Shown here in pieces: positions 8,263 through 18,272 of a stretch of 64,000 nt of DNA; position 1 is the stretch's first letter; each line of letters opens with the position of its first letter. Origin of the DNA: Candidatus Poribacteria bacterium (GTDB lineage Bacteria > Poribacteria > WGA-4E > PCPOR2b); contig OZ220744.1 of the NCBI GenBank assembly GCA_965116925.1, positions 3,584,001 to 3,648,000 on the forward strand. Direction: 5' to 3'. Under the pieces are notes generated by a model. It did no database searches, was not told the DNA's origin, and saw nothing but the letters and a program-made list of their open reading frames with translations. The position numbers and the translations under genes were made by a program.

Positions 8263-9123
8263 ATGAGCGAAATTACGCAAATCCAAGTGGCTTTAATCGA
8301 TCCTAAGAGCGAAGTCAATGTCCGTAGGCAAGGTGTAGAACAGAATGTGGATCAAGTCAAAGCCTCTATTCAGCGACACGGTTATTGGCAAGATCAGCCC
8401 ATCATTGTTCGCCCCCATCCAAATACAGCCTCCGGATACGACTACCAACACGTTACTGGACAATGCAGGTTCAAGGCATGTTTAGAATTGGGACTGAAAG
8501 AGATTCCCGCTTTTATACTTGAATTAGACGACGATGAAGCCATTCAACGTTCATGGCTTGAAAATGAGGTGCGGGGAGATCTGACATATAGCGACCAAGC
8601 ATACTGGACAGAAAGAATATTCAAACGGTATAACGGTGATGGATATACAGCAGATGAAGCAATAGAACTTGCAGCTAAGTTTCTGGGCAGAACGCGTACG
8701 ACCGTTATGAGATATTATAGTTTAGCCGCATTGCCTGATGATCTCAAGGAACTGGTAGATAGGGGAGTTCTCGATCTAAAATATGCCTCCCCTATTGCGC
8801 AAAGCACCTATCAGGGCGGTTCACGTTTGGCACAATCACAGGAGGCAATGAGAGAACGAACCTCATGGATTCTTGGCTTAGACAGGGAGAATCGGACTCA
8901 TGCAGTTGAGGCTTTAGAACGGTTAGGTCACAAAGCCTCGATTGCAGAGTTGACTGCGTATGTAACGGAAAAAAGTCGTGAATCGAATCGTGTTGTTGAA
9001 TATGCAATACCTAGTGAATTGCATGAAGATTTATTGGAGTGGGGCAAACAGCGAGGTTTGAAAGATGAACCGACAATCATTGGTCATATGGTAATGGATG
9101 CGCTCAAGAGGCGAGGTAGGTAA
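8263..9123 (+). CDS. ParB/Srx N-terminal-domain protein (ParB-like)
   Basis: QPIIVRP...VTGQCRFKACLELGLKEIPA...LENEVRGDL, followed by an HTH region; ATG at 8263 after AAGGA. Confidence 0.75.
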   Translation: MSEITQIQVALIDPKSEVNVRRQGVEQNVDQVKASIQRHGYWQDQPIIVRPHPNTASGYDYQHVTGQCRFKACLELGLKEIPAFILELDDDEAIQRSWLENEVRGDLTYSDQAYWTERIFKRYNGDGYTADEAIELAAKFLGRTRTTVMRYYSLAALPDDLKELVDRGVLDLKYASPIAQSTYQGGSRLAQSQEAMRERTSWILGLDRENRTHAVEALERLGHKASIAELTAYVTEKSRESNRVVEYAIPSELHEDLLEWGKQRGLKDEPTIIGHMVMDALKRRGR

Positions 9124-9737
9124 TGGAGGAAAAAATTGCTAGGGAGTATCTAGCTGCCCCTGAAGGGAAAAAATTATCTGAAGTTGGGGAAGCTGTTGAT
9201 ATTTTGTATCAAAAATATCGTTCCTATAAAGCGATCGCGCAGCAAGTAGGTAATATGTCGGACAAATTCTTGCTTTCAAGACATCGCATATTCCAACTCC
9301 CAACGGGTATTCAGTGGAAGGTTGATCAAGGAGAGATAGGGGTTAAACATAGCTATGAAATATCCCGACTTGAGAATGAAGACGATCAATGGTTGTTAGC
9401 CCTTGCTATTAGCGAGCAAAAACTGACACTGGATGAATGTAAAAATATCGTCAATAGGGTTTCTAACCAGAGCGTTTCAATCGGGGAGGCTCTTAGCGTC
9501 TCAACTGGCATTCGATTTGACGAAACAAAACCCCTAATACTCCCCATTCCACCCGAATTATGGATTTCAATGAGCCGGGCGGCTTGGAACCAAGGCAAGA
9601 ATTGGGAGGATCTCTGTTATCACTTCATTCGTCAAGGTATAGTCTTTAACATGGAACAAATTGAAAGTGAGTTTGAGGCAATCGAATCAGCCATCCGTAA
9701 GGTTAGGGAAAAGATGAGCAGACAGGCAAATTTGTAA
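9123..9737 (+). CDS. ParB-like HTH/central-domain protein lacking the N-terminal CTPase domain
   Basis: YKAIAQQVG...IFQLPTGIQWKVDQGEIGVKHSYEISRL resembles the ParB HTH/central region; start overlaps the upstream stop (TAATG). Confidence 0.55.
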   Translation: MEEKIAREYLAAPEGKKLSEVGEAVDILYQKYRSYKAIAQQVGNMSDKFLLSRHRIFQLPTGIQWKVDQGEIGVKHSYEISRLENEDDQWLLALAISEQKLTLDECKNIVNRVSNQSVSIGEALSVSTGIRFDETKPLILPIPPELWISMSRAAWNQGKNWEDLCYHFIRQGIVFNMEQIESEFEAIESAIRKVREKMSRQANL

Positions 9738-9814
9738 TTCTTAAATACGGTAAGGTAGTCACACATCCCCACGCCTCCTTTGTGACGAAACTACAGGAAA
9801 CGGAGATTTGAAAA

Positions 9815-10534
9815 ATGACTTTAGATGAATTATTGAAGCGATGTCATGAAGAATCGCCGATAGAAAAGCGTTTGGTGGAGAATCTATATCCTCAGCTTTC
9901 CCTTGCTATTAGAGAGAAATTAGAAGCTCAGTACCCCATCCATCTGCCTCCTAACACAATCCCCGATTTTGCATTCCCACACGCGAAAATTGCTATTTAT
10001 TGTGATAGCTACAAATGGCATAAAGACAGACAGTCATTTTATGAAGATCGGTGGCAATCAAGAGAGTTACAGTTACTGGGCTGGGTTGTATTAAGATTCA
10101 CAGGGAGTGAAATTAATTCTCAAATTGATAAGGTCATTGAGACTATTAAGAGGGCTCTGGAGTCTAGAGGTCTTGATATATCAGATAGTTCAATTAGCGA
10201 GCGTGCAAAGTCTTTTTATAATCGTGGTTTGAATGACTTGGTAAGTTTTGGTGGTAACGTTAGTTATGACCGTGCGATTGCAAACTTTACGAAAGCGATA
10301 GAATTGTATCCTGATTTTGCGTCTGCCTTTCATAGTCGAGCGAATGCCTACTATGAAATAGCTGATTATACTCGCGCTATAGCCGACTATACTAAAACAA
10401 TAAAGTTGAATCCTGATTCGTCTTACTCATATTGGGGACGTGGTGCAGCTTATGGCAAAATGGGGAATCGTAAACTAGCTGAGGATGACTACGCTATGGC
10501 GGAGCTTCTCGAAGATGCACAGCGGAACCGTTAG
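9815..10534 (+). CDS. DUF559-type endonuclease domain fused to TPR repeats
   Basis: ESPIE...PDFAF...IAIYCDSYKWH...GWVVLRFTGSEI; TPR repeats AIANFTKAIELYPD, AIADYTKTIKLNPD. Confidence 0.85.
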   Translation: MTLDELLKRCHEESPIEKRLVENLYPQLSLAIREKLEAQYPIHLPPNTIPDFAFPHAKIAIYCDSYKWHKDRQSFYEDRWQSRELQLLGWVVLRFTGSEINSQIDKVIETIKRALESRGLDISDSSISERAKSFYNRGLNDLVSFGGNVSYDRAIANFTKAIELYPDFASAFHSRANAYYEIADYTRAIADYTKTIKLNPDSSYSYWGRGAAYGKMGNRKLAEDDYAMAELLEDAQRNR

Positions 10535-10627
10535 GTATTACTGCGAATATCCGTATAACGGGGACAGAGCTTTTGCCGATATTGAATCGGTAATTGATTT
10601 TATTTATCTGTTAGAGCGAGGCAGTAT

Positions 10628-11035
10628 ATGGGATGTGTCTATATCTTGAAGAATGAAGCGATGCCGGGTTTAATAAAAATCGGCTATACAACAAGAAGTG
10701 CCGAAAAACGAGCAGATGAACTCTACGAGGGTGTAACCGGTGTCCCAATGCCCTTTGAGGTGGCACACGAGTACCCTTGTGAAGAACCAGAGAAACTTGA
10801 ACGCGAAATCCATAGGAAACTTACATCTCACCGTATTAACCAGTATCGAGAGTTTTTTGAGTACCCGGCTGATGATGCGTTCCAGTTGCTCCAAGAACTT
10901 CACAACATTGGCAGCTCCGTCTGGTGGCGAAAATGGACATCACATTTTTTGACGCGCTTCAGAAGAAAGACCGACGTGAGGGCAGATATGGTTGAGGACG
11001 AAACACCAACATTTAAACAGGAGAAATATTTATGA
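10628..11035 (+). CDS. T5orf172/GIY-YIG-like domain protein
   Basis: GCVYILKNEAMPGLIKIGYT...TGVPMPF...LEREIHRKL...REFF. Confidence 0.85.
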   Translation: MGCVYILKNEAMPGLIKIGYTTRSAEKRADELYEGVTGVPMPFEVAHEYPCEEPEKLEREIHRKLTSHRINQYREFFEYPADDAFQLLQELHNIGSSVWWRKWTSHFLTRFRRKTDVRADMVEDETPTFKQEKYL

Positions 11036-12558
11036 ATGAGGGGCATGAAAACGGTGCGAATCCGAGTTTGAACGGTAGACCTTACCATAGTGCTGACAAC
11101 GGATTTGCCTGTGCAGCAGCGGGTAGAGGTGTCACAGAAGCATTGCAAGAACATCTCAATGTCATTGTTCGCAATGAGGAATTGGAAATCGAAAGAAGCC
11201 ATTCACAGATTCAAGCAGATATAACAGCCTTAGTTGAAGATAAGGAGCGACTTGAACAACGGAAACTGGATCTGCAAGACAACATCAAGACCTTGACCGA
11301 AGAAAACTCTGTGAAGGAGGTAAAGACTTCTGAATTGACAACAGAATTGGAGGCACCCATAAAACCTGATTCGCCTCCCCCAGACCCGCGTATTGATACG
11401 TTGAAAACCGCAATTGATGAGAAGGCTTTAGCGTTAGAGGAAAAGCAGATTGCCAGCATTAAAATCAAAACCGATTTGGAAGCACCAACCGCAGTCGAAT
11501 TAGAACCGCTGACTATTGACCAAAGTTCAGTTTTACGATTCTCCGCTCTTGAGAAGGGGTTCGCAGTTTTAACCGCCTTTGTGCTTGTAGGGCTGATTGG
11601 CTATCTGTTCATTTTTTATGCTTCAGTGGGAGATAGAACTTTCACCGAAGGTGTCGGAACTCCCGACCAAAAGGAACATATTATTATCCCTCATGCTTTA
11701 TCTGAGGCGTGGAAATCCCAAAATGGGTACGTCCTCACGTTCCCTTTTATCTTCCTCACGCTTGCATTTATCTTCTATTGGTTCGAGATGTATTCAAAAA
11801 GTAAGCGTAAATGGGATATGTGGGGCGTACTCGCAGCTACCTTTTTCATTGATTTAATAATTGCAATCAAGATCTCAAAGCAGATGCACCGATTTATAAA
11901 AGGGGACGAGATAGAATATCTATACAGAGATAATTTGCTGGAAATCTTATCCGTTATCCTTTTAGGTTTCGGGGTTTCAGTGCTTCTATCTCTTGGCATA
12001 TCTTGGGTTATGAAGGTGTGGAATCAAGGGAAGCCATCCCCAGATGGACCCGAGCAATTAGAAAGGCTGAAAAGAGTAGAACAGAACGACCGTTTGATTG
12101 AATTAGCCGCTTTAACTGAAGAAATACTATATTTACAAAATAGGATTGACGATTTGAAGCAGGAGAGAGAGAATTGCGAAAGAGATGAGGAGGAAAGGCT
12201 AGACACACTTATTAAATCTCATAAACACCCAATTCACGTCGAAATTGCTCGCTTAAATGCCGAGAAAGAAATCCTACAAAACCAGATTACTGAACTCAAT
12301 GAGCAGGTTGAAAGTGTTCAAAAGGAAATTAATCAATGTGAATCCGAAATCGAGGAGCTGTTAAAAGATCAGCGCAAAAAAGTCATTGACGTAAAGAAGT
12401 TAGAAGCACAAGCACACGAGTTTGTGAGTGGGTGGTGTCGATATGTGGCACAGAGTAGAACCGAGTTGCCGGCTGATGTCGCAACCCAAATTAAAGACAT
12501 CCAGCAGTTGGCAGGTGACACGCTCGAAACATACAAACAATCGCTCGCAACAGTTTAA
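11032..12558 (+). CDS. Coiled-coil membrane protein (about 4 TM helices flanked by long coiled coils)
   Basis: Hydrophobic segments at about aa 177-330 flanked by heptad-rich regions; ATGA overlap with the upstream gene. Confidence 0.8.
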   Translation: MNEGHENGANPSLNGRPYHSADNGFACAAAGRGVTEALQEHLNVIVRNEELEIERSHSQIQADITALVEDKERLEQRKLDLQDNIKTLTEENSVKEVKTSELTTELEAPIKPDSPPPDPRIDTLKTAIDEKALALEEKQIASIKIKTDLEAPTAVELEPLTIDQSSVLRFSALEKGFAVLTAFVLVGLIGYLFIFYASVGDRTFTEGVGTPDQKEHIIIPHALSEAWKSQNGYVLTFPFIFLTLAFIFYWFEMYSKSKRKWDMWGVLAATFFIDLIIAIKISKQMHRFIKGDEIEYLYRDNLLEILSVILLGFGVSVLLSLGISWVMKVWNQGKPSPDGPEQLERLKRVEQNDRLIELAALTEEILYLQNRIDDLKQERENCERDEEERLDTLIKSHKHPIHVEIARLNAEKEILQNQITELNEQVESVQKEINQCESEIEELLKDQRKKVIDVKKLEAQAHEFVSGWCRYVAQSRTELPADVATQIKDIQQLAGDTLETYKQSLATV

Positions 12559-12569
12559 GGAATTTTTAT

Positions 12570-13484
12570 ATGAGAAAAATGTTTTTTTTTGTGGTTGTGT
12601 GTGCAGTATTTTTTAGCCTCTTAAACGGATGCAAATCGGACGAACAAGAATCTGCTTCACCTTCGGACGAACAAGAACCCGCTTTGCCTAATATCTTAAA
12701 TATCATTGTGATCCTTGACACATCAGATCGAACGAGGCATTCCGACCAAATAGAAAGAGATATTGAGATTACGGAAAAGATTGCTGTGCAGTTTGTAGAC
12801 GTTGCCAAGAAGCATATTGGTCAATCCGCCCTTGTGTATGAAGGCTTTCTTACTGTTGTTGTCCCCAATCAACCGTCATTACCTTCAATTGAATGGAAGA
12901 TCATGGAAAAACTCACAATTAAGGGGAGCGAATGGGATAGCATTCAAGAGATGGAGACTTATTTTGAGCAGCAGAAAGAGGCATTACTTGAAGGAATGTC
13001 CCAATTATACGAAGTTGTTGAGCAACACCCCCAAACAGGGTCTGACATTTGGGAGTGGTTCAAATATGAAGCAGAGGATTACTTTGGCAAGAATAAGCGA
13101 AACCTTATCATCTGCCTGTCTGATGGATACCTCAATTTCGACAGGAGCATTGAAGCAAGGCGTCGTGAGGGCACGTTCATGAAAATCGGCGAATTACGCG
13201 ATGATCCGAACTGGAGAGCGAGAATCTGTGACGGTGAAGGCTTAAAGCCGATCGGAGAAAATTTTAGTCGTTACAATGTGGCGTTCCTGATGCTTGAAAT
13301 CGCACCCCAAAGTGAGAGGGGCTCCGGTATCCCTTATCAACAAGACTTTGATATTATCGAAGCATATTGGGACATCTGGTTAAATTCAATGGGGATTAAG
13401 GATACTGACTTTCTTAAACGGGGTAGTAGTATTCCGAACAGGAAGATAGAATCTTTTATTTCCGGCGAGAACGGACCAGGTTAA
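12570..13484 (+). CDS. Lipoprotein with a vWA-like fold
   Basis: Lipobox LNGC; LNIIVILDTSDR and LIICLSDG MIDAS-like segments. Confidence 0.75.
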   Translation: MRKMFFFVVVCAVFFSLLNGCKSDEQESASPSDEQEPALPNILNIIVILDTSDRTRHSDQIERDIEITEKIAVQFVDVAKKHIGQSALVYEGFLTVVVPNQPSLPSIEWKIMEKLTIKGSEWDSIQEMETYFEQQKEALLEGMSQLYEVVEQHPQTGSDIWEWFKYEAEDYFGKNKRNLIICLSDGYLNFDRSIEARRREGTFMKIGELRDDPNWRARICDGEGLKPIGENFSRYNVAFLMLEIAPQSERGSGIPYQQDFDIIEAYWDIWLNSMGIKDTDFLKRGSSIPNRKIESFISGENGPG

Positions 13485-13600
13485 TCAAGTGCTTATCAAA
13501 GGTACTCGGACTGAATCAAGAATATCCGATAATATTTTTCATCGGACTTTTTGTAAAGATGTAAACTTATACCAAACCTTAAACTGTGCAAAGGAAAAAA

Positions 13601-14152
13601 ATGCGATTCCTGTATATAGTATTGGTGGCGATAGGATTGTTTGGTTGTGGCGTTGAAGAAGATACGCCCATCGCTCCGGCACCCGTGGTAAATGTTGAGC
13701 CGCCAGATGTAACGGTTCAACCACCGGATATAACCATTCAGCCGACAGAGGTGACGGTTCAACCGCCCACGGTGAACGTGCATCCACCAGCAGTAACGGT
13801 TCAACCACCAACAGTGAATGTTCTGCCGCCGGCCGTAGATTCGACACCGCCGGTGATGCTTAGCGGAACGGTGACTCATGGGTCAGATAATGTGAATCCG
13901 GCTCCAATCAATACGGCTGGTCTACAGTTCCATTTTAATGAGCCGGTGACAGGCATTATTAAGTTGACAGATCCGGCTGGGGTCAACCTCAACTGGCTTT
14001 CCAATGTGGTGGGACAGACTGGGACACTGACTGTATTTGCAGGACAACAATTGATTCACGGACAAACCTACATCATTGAAATTGCTGTCGCAGATGCGGC
14101 TGGGAATACGACTCGACAGATCCTGCAATTTGTCACCGCGATCAAGGGGTGA
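13601..14152 (+). CDS. Lipoprotein with a Pro-rich heptad repeat and an Ig-like (Big_5/SbsA-type) domain
   Basis: Lipobox LFGC; 7 copies of xV(T/N)V(Q/E/H/L)PP; DSTPP...FNEPV...VADAAGN. Confidence 0.8.
   Translation: MRFLYIVLVAIGLFGCGVEEDTPIAPAPVVNVEPPDVTVQPPDITIQPTEVTVQPPTVNVHPPAVTVQPPTVNVLPPAVDSTPPVMLSGTVTHGSDNVNPAPINTAGLQFHFNEPVTGIIKLTDPAGVNLNWLSNVVGQTGTLTVFAGQQLIHGQTYIIEIAVADAAGNTTRQILQFVTAIKG
13685..13831 (+). repeat. Coding tandem repeat, 7 x 21 bp
   Basis: VVNVEPP DVTVQPP DITIQPT EVTVQPP TVNVHPP AVTVQPP TVNVLPP. Confidence 0.85.
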
Positions 14153-14162
14153 TTCTTAAACG

Positions 14163-14600
14163 ATGTTTTTACGATCCATCTTCACTGCGTGGTTGGTAAT
14201 CTTTGCGTTCCCACAAGCCGATCCGTCTGCCCTTCAGGTTCGGGTGTGGGTGAATGCAACCGGCAAAAACGGCTTGGATGCGGCGATTGCACAGCACACG
14301 GTCGAGATGTTGGAACGGTTGCCGAATGTGACCGTTGTCGACCGGTTCCCCTACCACTACGAGTTGCAGATTGTCGGGTTGAAAGAATCGGACAACGTAG
14401 CGTTGGGGGTCGCTGCGTTGCGGATATTCGACAATTCAAAGATAGCTGATGAGTTGGTCCGCTCCCGGACCGGTGGGTTGTATGAGAACGTTCAGCTCGC
14501 GGTTGTGACTAGTAAATATGATAACTTGCAAGCGATGTGCCGTGAGATTGTAGTTCGCTTCGAGTCGAATGTGCTTAAATCACGAAGGAGAAAACATTGA
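14163..14600 (+). CDS. Hypothetical exported protein
   Basis: Signal-peptide-like N-terminus; co-oriented and closely spaced with its neighbours. Confidence 0.6.
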   Translation: MFLRSIFTAWLVIFAFPQADPSALQVRVWVNATGKNGLDAAIAQHTVEMLERLPNVTVVDRFPYHYELQIVGLKESDNVALGVAALRIFDNSKIADELVRSRTGGLYENVQLAVVTSKYDNLQAMCREIVVRFESNVLKSRRRKH

Positions 14601-15094
14601 CGCAAAAAATGGTGTGGTATCTGTTGATGATGATGTTATTGGCAGGGTGTGCGTTTCCAGGGCGGGGGGGTCCTCGTTTGTGCTCGGATTACGGCGATCG
14701 GACGACGATAGATATTGTACCGCTTTTGATGCGGAGCCCCGACTACATCGACAGGCGGCTGTCTCACCTCGATTCAGAGACGACTATCGACGCGGAACAT
14801 CTTCAGACTACCAACTATCGGCTGCTCGACGGGTCGAGGCTCAAGATAAGTTTCCGTGACGGGCTAGCGATTGGGTTCACCATCTACCACCGTATCCCTT
14901 TCCACACACCGATGAAGTCCTTGGAGGTGTTGGGCTTTACGCGGTGGGAGCTGACCAACGAGGAGATACGCCCCTACTCACATGAATGGAAGTATGTCAC
15001 CAAAGAGCAACGGGAACTCAAACTCTACGCGCTACGGGATTCTGATTTTGCGTGCTATCGGATGGCGCAAGCGTTTGTCGTGGTGCCGGACTGA
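14597..15094 (+). CDS. Hypothetical lipoprotein
   Basis: Lipobox LAGC; RBS AAGGAG; overlaps the upstream stop. Confidence 0.65.
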   Translation: MTQKMVWYLLMMMLLAGCAFPGRGGPRLCSDYGDRTTIDIVPLLMRSPDYIDRRLSHLDSETTIDAEHLQTTNYRLLDGSRLKISFRDGLAIGFTIYHRIPFHTPMKSLEVLGFTRWELTNEEIRPYSHEWKYVTKEQRELKLYALRDSDFACYRMAQAFVVVPD

Positions 15095-15104
15095 ATAAAC
15101 ATAA

Positions 15105-15389
15105 TAGGACTTACGCAGCCAACTGTGGATGGGGCATACCCGGGCACGAGCCTGCTCTCGATTTATTGGAAATCCGCTCGGACTTACCCTGCAACATTTT
15201 GTCGGGAGTCAGAAGTATCTGCTAATGCGTAAATCCTAACTTTAACGGCCCCCTTGGCAAAATCTAACAAAATCTAACACTTTTTGCGATTTACGCAGCC
15301 AATCGTAGGTACTTGCATTCCGCCTGTCCCGATTTATCGGGGCGGAGCATCTTGCCTCGCGCTAACTGTGCTGAAATGCGTAAGTCCTA
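15105..15389. mobile_element. MITE of the TAGGACTTACGCA family
   Basis: TIRs TAGGACTTACGCA / TGCGTAAGTCCTA; flanks CATAA / CGTAA (5-bp TSD, 1 mismatch). Confidence 0.8.
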
Positions 15390-15410
15390 CGTAATATCGG
15401 AGGTTAATAA

Positions 15411-16016
15411 ATGCGGCTTTGTGTCTGTTTGCTAGTTATCGGAATGTCTGTTGTCACGGCGTCCATCGCAGATACCATACACCTGAAAAATGGCACTGTT
15501 ATCGAAGGCACAGTTATCAGGGAGATCCCCAATGTGTCTGTGGCGATAGAGACGGCAAAGGGCAAGGTGTTTACGTATAGTATGCAAGATGTTGTTAAGA
15601 TAGACCGGCGTCCATCGCGCCCTGCGCCGAGGGTCGCCCCTTTGCCGACGATACAGAAAGACCCGACGCTCAGCGGTCTGTTGTCCGCGCTTATCCCCGG
15701 CTCTGGGCAAATCTATAATAACCAGTACCTCAAGGGGAGCGGCTTCTTTTTGGCAACTATCATCGGCGGTGGCACGACGCTAAACGCTGTATATTGGCAT
15801 AAAACAGACGGGCTGCGGGTGGTTAAAGGGAAGAGAGTGCAGTTGATAGGTGCGGGCTTGATGACAGCGATAATCTACACCGGCGGAATCACTGACGCAG
15901 TGGTCTGGTCAAAGATGATTAACTATTTTAACGAACAGGACGCCAAAAAACGACCGTCTATTGGCATCAACAGGACACCGCACGGCTGGCTCGCGACATT
16001 ATCGGTTCGGTTCTGA
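15411..16016 (+). CDS. Hypothetical exported/membrane protein (TM2/DUF5683-like)
   Basis: Signal peptide; DTIHLKNGTVIEG; KDPTLSGLLSALIPGSGQIYN; RBS GGAGG. Confidence 0.75.
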   Translation: MRLCVCLLVIGMSVVTASIADTIHLKNGTVIEGTVIREIPNVSVAIETAKGKVFTYSMQDVVKIDRRPSRPAPRVAPLPTIQKDPTLSGLLSALIPGSGQIYNNQYLKGSGFFLATIIGGGTTLNAVYWHKTDGLRVVKGKRVQLIGAGLMTAIIYTGGITDAVVWSKMINYFNEQDAKKRPSIGINRTPHGWLATLSVRF

Positions 16017-16156
16017 TGAGTAATGTGAGAATATCCGATAACCGTATTTACCCTCTGAATATTACTTTGGATAAAACGCTTGAGGTGTATTTCCTTTCCG
16101 GTGTAGATGCCGGGACAGGTTTGAAGGAAGTTGACTATTTTAGTAGATAGTCTGTC

Positions 16157-16280
16157 GTACCACAATCTGTTAGATTGTGATCCCAACCCGCAAACTAACA
16201 GTTCGCGCTACTTATGGCAAACTGCCCGATGATTACAGCGTTGACCAAACGAGCAGTATCAAAATATCAACACGTCCTAA
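16157..16280. repeat. Dispersed repeat / MITE end; inverted copy of 39499-39622
   Basis: GTACCACAATCTGTTAGATTGTGATCCC...TCAACACGTCCTA matches the reverse complement of the 39.5-kb copy. Confidence 0.75.
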
Positions 16281-16315
16281 CAACTTAGGTTCATTTACCG
16301 AAAAAGGAGATTCTT

Positions 16316-16819
16316 ATGCGAAGACCTACAGGAAAAGTACTTTTGTTTGGCAGCATCGGAGCTGTGATAGTTGCTTTGATGCTCCTATTGGATGGCGGGG
16401 TATTTTCCCACAGCGGTCGCACAGACAGCAGTGGTGGACACTATAACCGCAGTACCGGAACATACCACTACCACGGCACGCCCAAGTCCTCTACGTCGCC
16501 CTATTCTAGCACAAACTCAAGCAGTGGAACGCAGAGTAGCGCAGTGCAGAGTGGCGCGGTACAGAGTAGTGAAATCGCTGAACTAGCGAGCGAGATGAAG
16601 AGGTTGCGTGCCTCAGTAGAAGCGTTGGATGCCTCAGTGCAGAAGCTAATCACAAGGCTGGAAGGGACTGACGCAGATACTGCGTCCACGGTCTACATTA
16701 CCCGCACCGGAAAGAAATACCATCGCGGCAGTTGCAGCTATTTGCGATATAGCAAGATCCCCATCTCATTGACGGATGCGAAGCGACAGTATTCTCCTTG
16801 TTCGGTCTGTAAGCCATGA
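16316..16819 (+). CDS. YHYH-motif exported protein with a C-terminal Cys/His metal-binding domain
   Basis: HSGRTDSSGGH...YHYH; VYITRTGKKYH...C...PCSVCKP. Confidence 0.8.
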   Translation: MRRPTGKVLLFGSIGAVIVALMLLLDGGVFSHSGRTDSSGGHYNRSTGTYHYHGTPKSSTSPYSSTNSSSGTQSSAVQSGAVQSSEIAELASEMKRLRASVEALDASVQKLITRLEGTDADTASTVYITRTGKKYHRGSCSYLRYSKIPISLTDAKRQYSPCSVCKP

Positions 16820-16881
16820 GTTGTAGCCTGAATATCTTTTCTCCGTAACGGGTAGGTCTAAAAAGTGAAAAGGGGGAGTTA

Positions 16882-17488
16882 ATGAATCTAGATGAACTGT
16901 TAGAACAATGTGGATCGCCAATAGAAGAAATGCTGTTAAATGCCCTGTATCCTCGCTTGAGAGTAAAGGAACGGGATCTCTTATGTGCACAATACGAATT
17001 TCCTATGGATCGAGTACGGAAGCCAGATTTCGCATTTCCCCAGTTGAAAATCGCGATCTATTGTGATGGTTGGGAGTACCATCAGGATAAGCCTGCATTC
17101 CATCAGGATCGTTCTGAGTCGAGGCTATTGCAGTCGATGGGGTGGGCGATTTACAGGCGGTGAGATTTATAGTGATGTCAATGGAGTTGTCAATGAGATC
17201 TTGGCATTTCTTTATAAGATGCCGGACTCTTTTGATTTTGATGAGGCACATAGTAAGAGATCTGGGCCGAAGTCTGATGAGGTCATCGCTTATCATAAGA
17301 CCGCTAATGATTACTACGAAAAAGATGATTATGACAACGCCCTTGAAGTTTACAATCAAGTTATAGAATTGGATTCTAATTTTATCCCCGCGTATTGGGG
17401 GCGTGGGGCGACTTACGCGAAGATGGGCAACCGTGTTAGTGCTGATGAAGACTACGAGATGGCAAAGTTACTCGAAGAAAATCGATAA
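16882..17488 (+). pseudogene. Frameshifted paralog of the DUF559-TPR gene at 9815-10534
   Basis: ORFs 16882-17163 and 17063-17488 join at about 17146, where about 8 nt are missing relative to GWVVLRFTG of the paralog. Confidence 0.8.
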
Positions 17489-17587
17489 AGTTATAGTCAT
17501 TACTCGTCTACTGGAATAGTATTGGAACGGAGAAACATCAGAAGCCAGCAGGGTTGTTTGCTTAATCGGGATACGAAAGGGAAAAAT

Positions 17588-18028
17588 ATGAACTACTATT
17601 ACATCAATACTGACACCGATGCCCTCGGTTACAGCCCCCATGCGAAGTGGATTAAACACAACCGCGCGTTTACTTCGGGATACATACCAGAAGACTATAA
17701 GACCTACGGCGAGCAGGTCCTTGGAAAACTTAGCCCCGGCGACCTGCTCTTCATGTATGTCAACGGGTGCGGCGTTGTGGCTGCGGGGTGGGTCTGCGAG
17801 GCTTGGGATCGTCGCGCTTACAGGAACGCCGACCGGTTGATATATCAGGATACACCCTATACAGAATATCGGATCGGTGTCCACTGGTGCCTCAACATTG
17901 CGGGCAATCCGATCCCCCCGACGGATTTGAGAGATATTATTGGCTGGACACCCCTACGAACCCTACAGCGCATTAAAGATACCGATGCCGCCGATCGACT
18001 CTTTGAGGAGATACGGAACCGGATATGA
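17588..18028 (+). CDS. Hypothetical protein, EVE/PUA-like
   Basis: LGKLSPGDLLFMYVNGCGVVAAGWV...YRIGVHW pattern; ATG at 17588 after AAAGGGA. Confidence 0.6.
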   Translation: MNYYYINTDTDALGYSPHAKWIKHNRAFTSGYIPEDYKTYGEQVLGKLSPGDLLFMYVNGCGVVAAGWVCEAWDRRAYRNADRLIYQDTPYTEYRIGVHWCLNIAGNPIPPTDLRDIIGWTPLRTLQRIKDTDAADRLFEEIRNRI

Positions 18029-18030
18029 AT

Positions 18031-18272
18031 TTTGTGATCCCCGTCGGTATGCACAGCGTCACATTGGGATTGCCCACCGTGAAGAGCCAATATTCGTCGT
18101 AATCGTGATAGTGAAGTTCAACATCCAAGTTTGCGGGGGAACGATATTTGTGAAAACTCTCTGAATTGACGGGGTTCAGCGACTCCGCCAATAGTCCAGT
18201 AATCCTCTCACCCTTCCCGATATGTACCTCACAAAATAAAGGATCGTCTATCCGTCTAGCGACTGATGACAT
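18031..18272 (-). pseudogene. 3'-truncated copy of the cupin gene at 35113-35508
   Basis: RIDDPL...VELHYHDYDEYWLFT is nearly identical to the intact copy; homology stops at PTGITK, before the second cupin motif. Confidence 0.75.

Noticed and set aside
7681..18028. Prophage or integrated plasmid
   Set aside because: No integrase, terminase, capsid, relaxase or replication gene, and no att-like repeats recognised
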